Positions 62,312 through 64,000 of a stretch of 64,000 bases of DNA are shown piece after piece. This DNA comes from Paraspadella gotoi (lineage: Eukaryota; Animalia; Chaetognatha). The DNA lies in the NCBI GenBank assembly GCA_051294375.1, contig CM119264.1, positions 17,310,278 through 17,374,277 of the forward strand, written 5' to 3'. The notes beneath the pieces are model-generated. The model worked only from the letters and a program-made list of their open reading frames with translations, was not told where the DNA came from and ran no database searches. A program made the translations under genes and the position numbers. The stretch's first letter is position 1. Each line of letters begins with the position of its first letter.

Positions 62312-62983
62312 GACTCTGATTTTCCCGCGCCTTCTCCACCATGTGGAGATCATTTCGATCGCTGCACCTGAGGCGAAAGCGTTGCACGGCGTCGCGGATG
62401 ACGGAGGAAAAGCCTCAGCGCTTTTCGAGGAAGATTAACTGAATCACTTGCTTTAGTAAATAAGAAGTAAGATTGAATTAACGTTTACCAAAAATTTATT
62501 TTTTTAGATTCATGACGGTTTTATGTTTCTATAAATTATTACACATTATTTCAAATTATTACATCAATGAAAAATATTAATTTTCTTTGGTCGTCTGGCA
62601 GTTGAAAGACGGCGAACGGCAAACTTTGCGCTCAGAGTGCCGACGAAAAACGGACAAAGGGACAAAAGGGGAAAATCCTTTTCAGTGATACAAACTTTCA
62701 ATTAACTTTACTGCAACTTGCTATAGTAAATATAAAAGTGGATACCTCTGCATGTACGTCATGCCATTTTCCAAGATTATTACTTGTTGCTTGCTTTCCT
62801 TCGTCATCGCAAGAATCGCGTCGCAGTCTCCATGGAAACCGGGTGAGTCTAAAGTCGACACCGAAAAAAATGTCTGGGCTTTTCGTGCAGTTGTTTTTTA
62901 CGGAAGGTTTATGTTTACAACTGCTGGGTACATTTGGTACCCATTTTTAAAGGAATTGTATGGGCAAGAGAGAGAAAAAAGAG

Positions 62984-63063
<80 letters not shown>

Positions 63064-64000
63064 AAAAGAGAGATATTATTCGCTTTTCTCTACCAAGGTT
63101 CTTGCCTGGGTCGATGTGGAACTTACCGCTTCGATAAACTCAATGACATCCGATGTCAATGTGACGAATTCTGTCGCCGCGAGAGTGACTGTTGTTCCGA
63201 CTTTGATCAGAGATGCCGCGGGATCGTCACCAACCTCACCCAAAGCGCGTGAGAAGAATATCACAAATTGTAAATTTTTACTGTTTTTCTAAGACGCTCA
63301 TTTTAAGAAATTCGTCCGAAAATATCAAATTATAAAGTTTTTTGTCCTTCCAATCATAATTTCGTTAGATAGATTTGATTGATATGAATAGAATGACAAT
63401 ATGCCATACTGCGTTAATTTTAAAATTTATAATAAATTTTTTTTACATAAATATTCATTAGTACAATGTTGTTCATTTCATAGTCCTCACTTTTTAGAAT
63501 TTTAATTAAAGTTGAATTTAGAATTTTTACAACGCGTTAATGTAGGACATTGTACGTATATGCATGTGTAAATGACAATAGAAAAAAATCCTTTCGCCTT
63601 CCCTTTTCAAAATCTCTCAGCATCCAGTGCGAGCCGTTTTACATCAGCGAGGAACACACTTTCGGAATTTACGTCGTCACGGATTGCAATCCCGAGTTCT
63701 ACTCGGGGGACGCGTCCCAAAGGCAGGAAACCTGGCGAGAAAATTCGCCGGGAGGCCGCGACGCCGAATTCCAAATTTCGCCCACCCTTCGCCGCCACGC
63801 CCAACGATGCGTCGACGCTTCTCGCCTCGTCCGCCTCTTTCATCTGGGCAAGTCTTTTCCGGCGAATCGACTGGTGGACGTCACGCCGGTGACGGAGCTA
63901 GTGGCCGGAGGAACGCGCGTTCGAGCTCATTATCGCAACGTACACTGCTACTTGTGCAACTTGCCGTCAGCGGACAGTCAGATCCGCTACTGGTCGGCAC
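56849..64000. repeat. Inverted duplication of at least 3.4 kb centred on an N-gap
   Basis: 60569-64000 is the reverse complement of about 56849-60286; spacer 60287-60543 plus gap 60544-60568; the arms differ by frequent small indels. Confidence 0.93.
62738..64000 (+). CDS. Second, inverted copy of the SMB-domain gene (runs off the window)
   Basis: Exon about 63098-63248 encodes GSCLGRCGTYRFDKLNDIRCQCDEFCRRESDCCSDFDQRC (eight-Cys SMB pattern); donors gtgag at about 62843 and about 63249; acceptor ctctcag at 63620. May be an assembly duplicate. Confidence 0.55.

Overview
Eukaryotic (invertebrate animal-like) genomic DNA from a draft assembly: AT-rich, rich in (CT/GA)n and (GAC)n microsatellites, four N-gaps, and indel-type errors in the right half. 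Most ORFs in the supplied track are microsatellite artefacts, so genes were assembled by hand from splice sites. A compact gene island (12.3-21 kb) holds a minus-strand secreted chymotrypsin-type S1 protease with a Gly/Asp linker and two ShKT domains. Divergent from it is a tightly packed plus-strand trio (nucleoplasmin-like, degenerate cyclophilin, LSM14) that looks like a trans-spliced operon. The standout feature is in the protease: the exon carrying the catalytic Ser is present as two 204-nt copies that differ at S1-pocket residue 226. The intron between them carries a sequence complementary to both copies, a candidate RNA-pairing switch for mutually exclusive active-site exons. Also present: two unidentified, highly structured ncRNA candidates (9.06-9.29 kb and 21.6-22.2 kb), a long Ig/FN3-like single-pass receptor gene with a Cys8 run, a truncated Ty3/gypsy element, a somatomedin-B domain gene, MITE-like inverted repeats, and two gap-centred duplications that are probably assembly artefacts. 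All alignments and folds were done by eye; none was computed.
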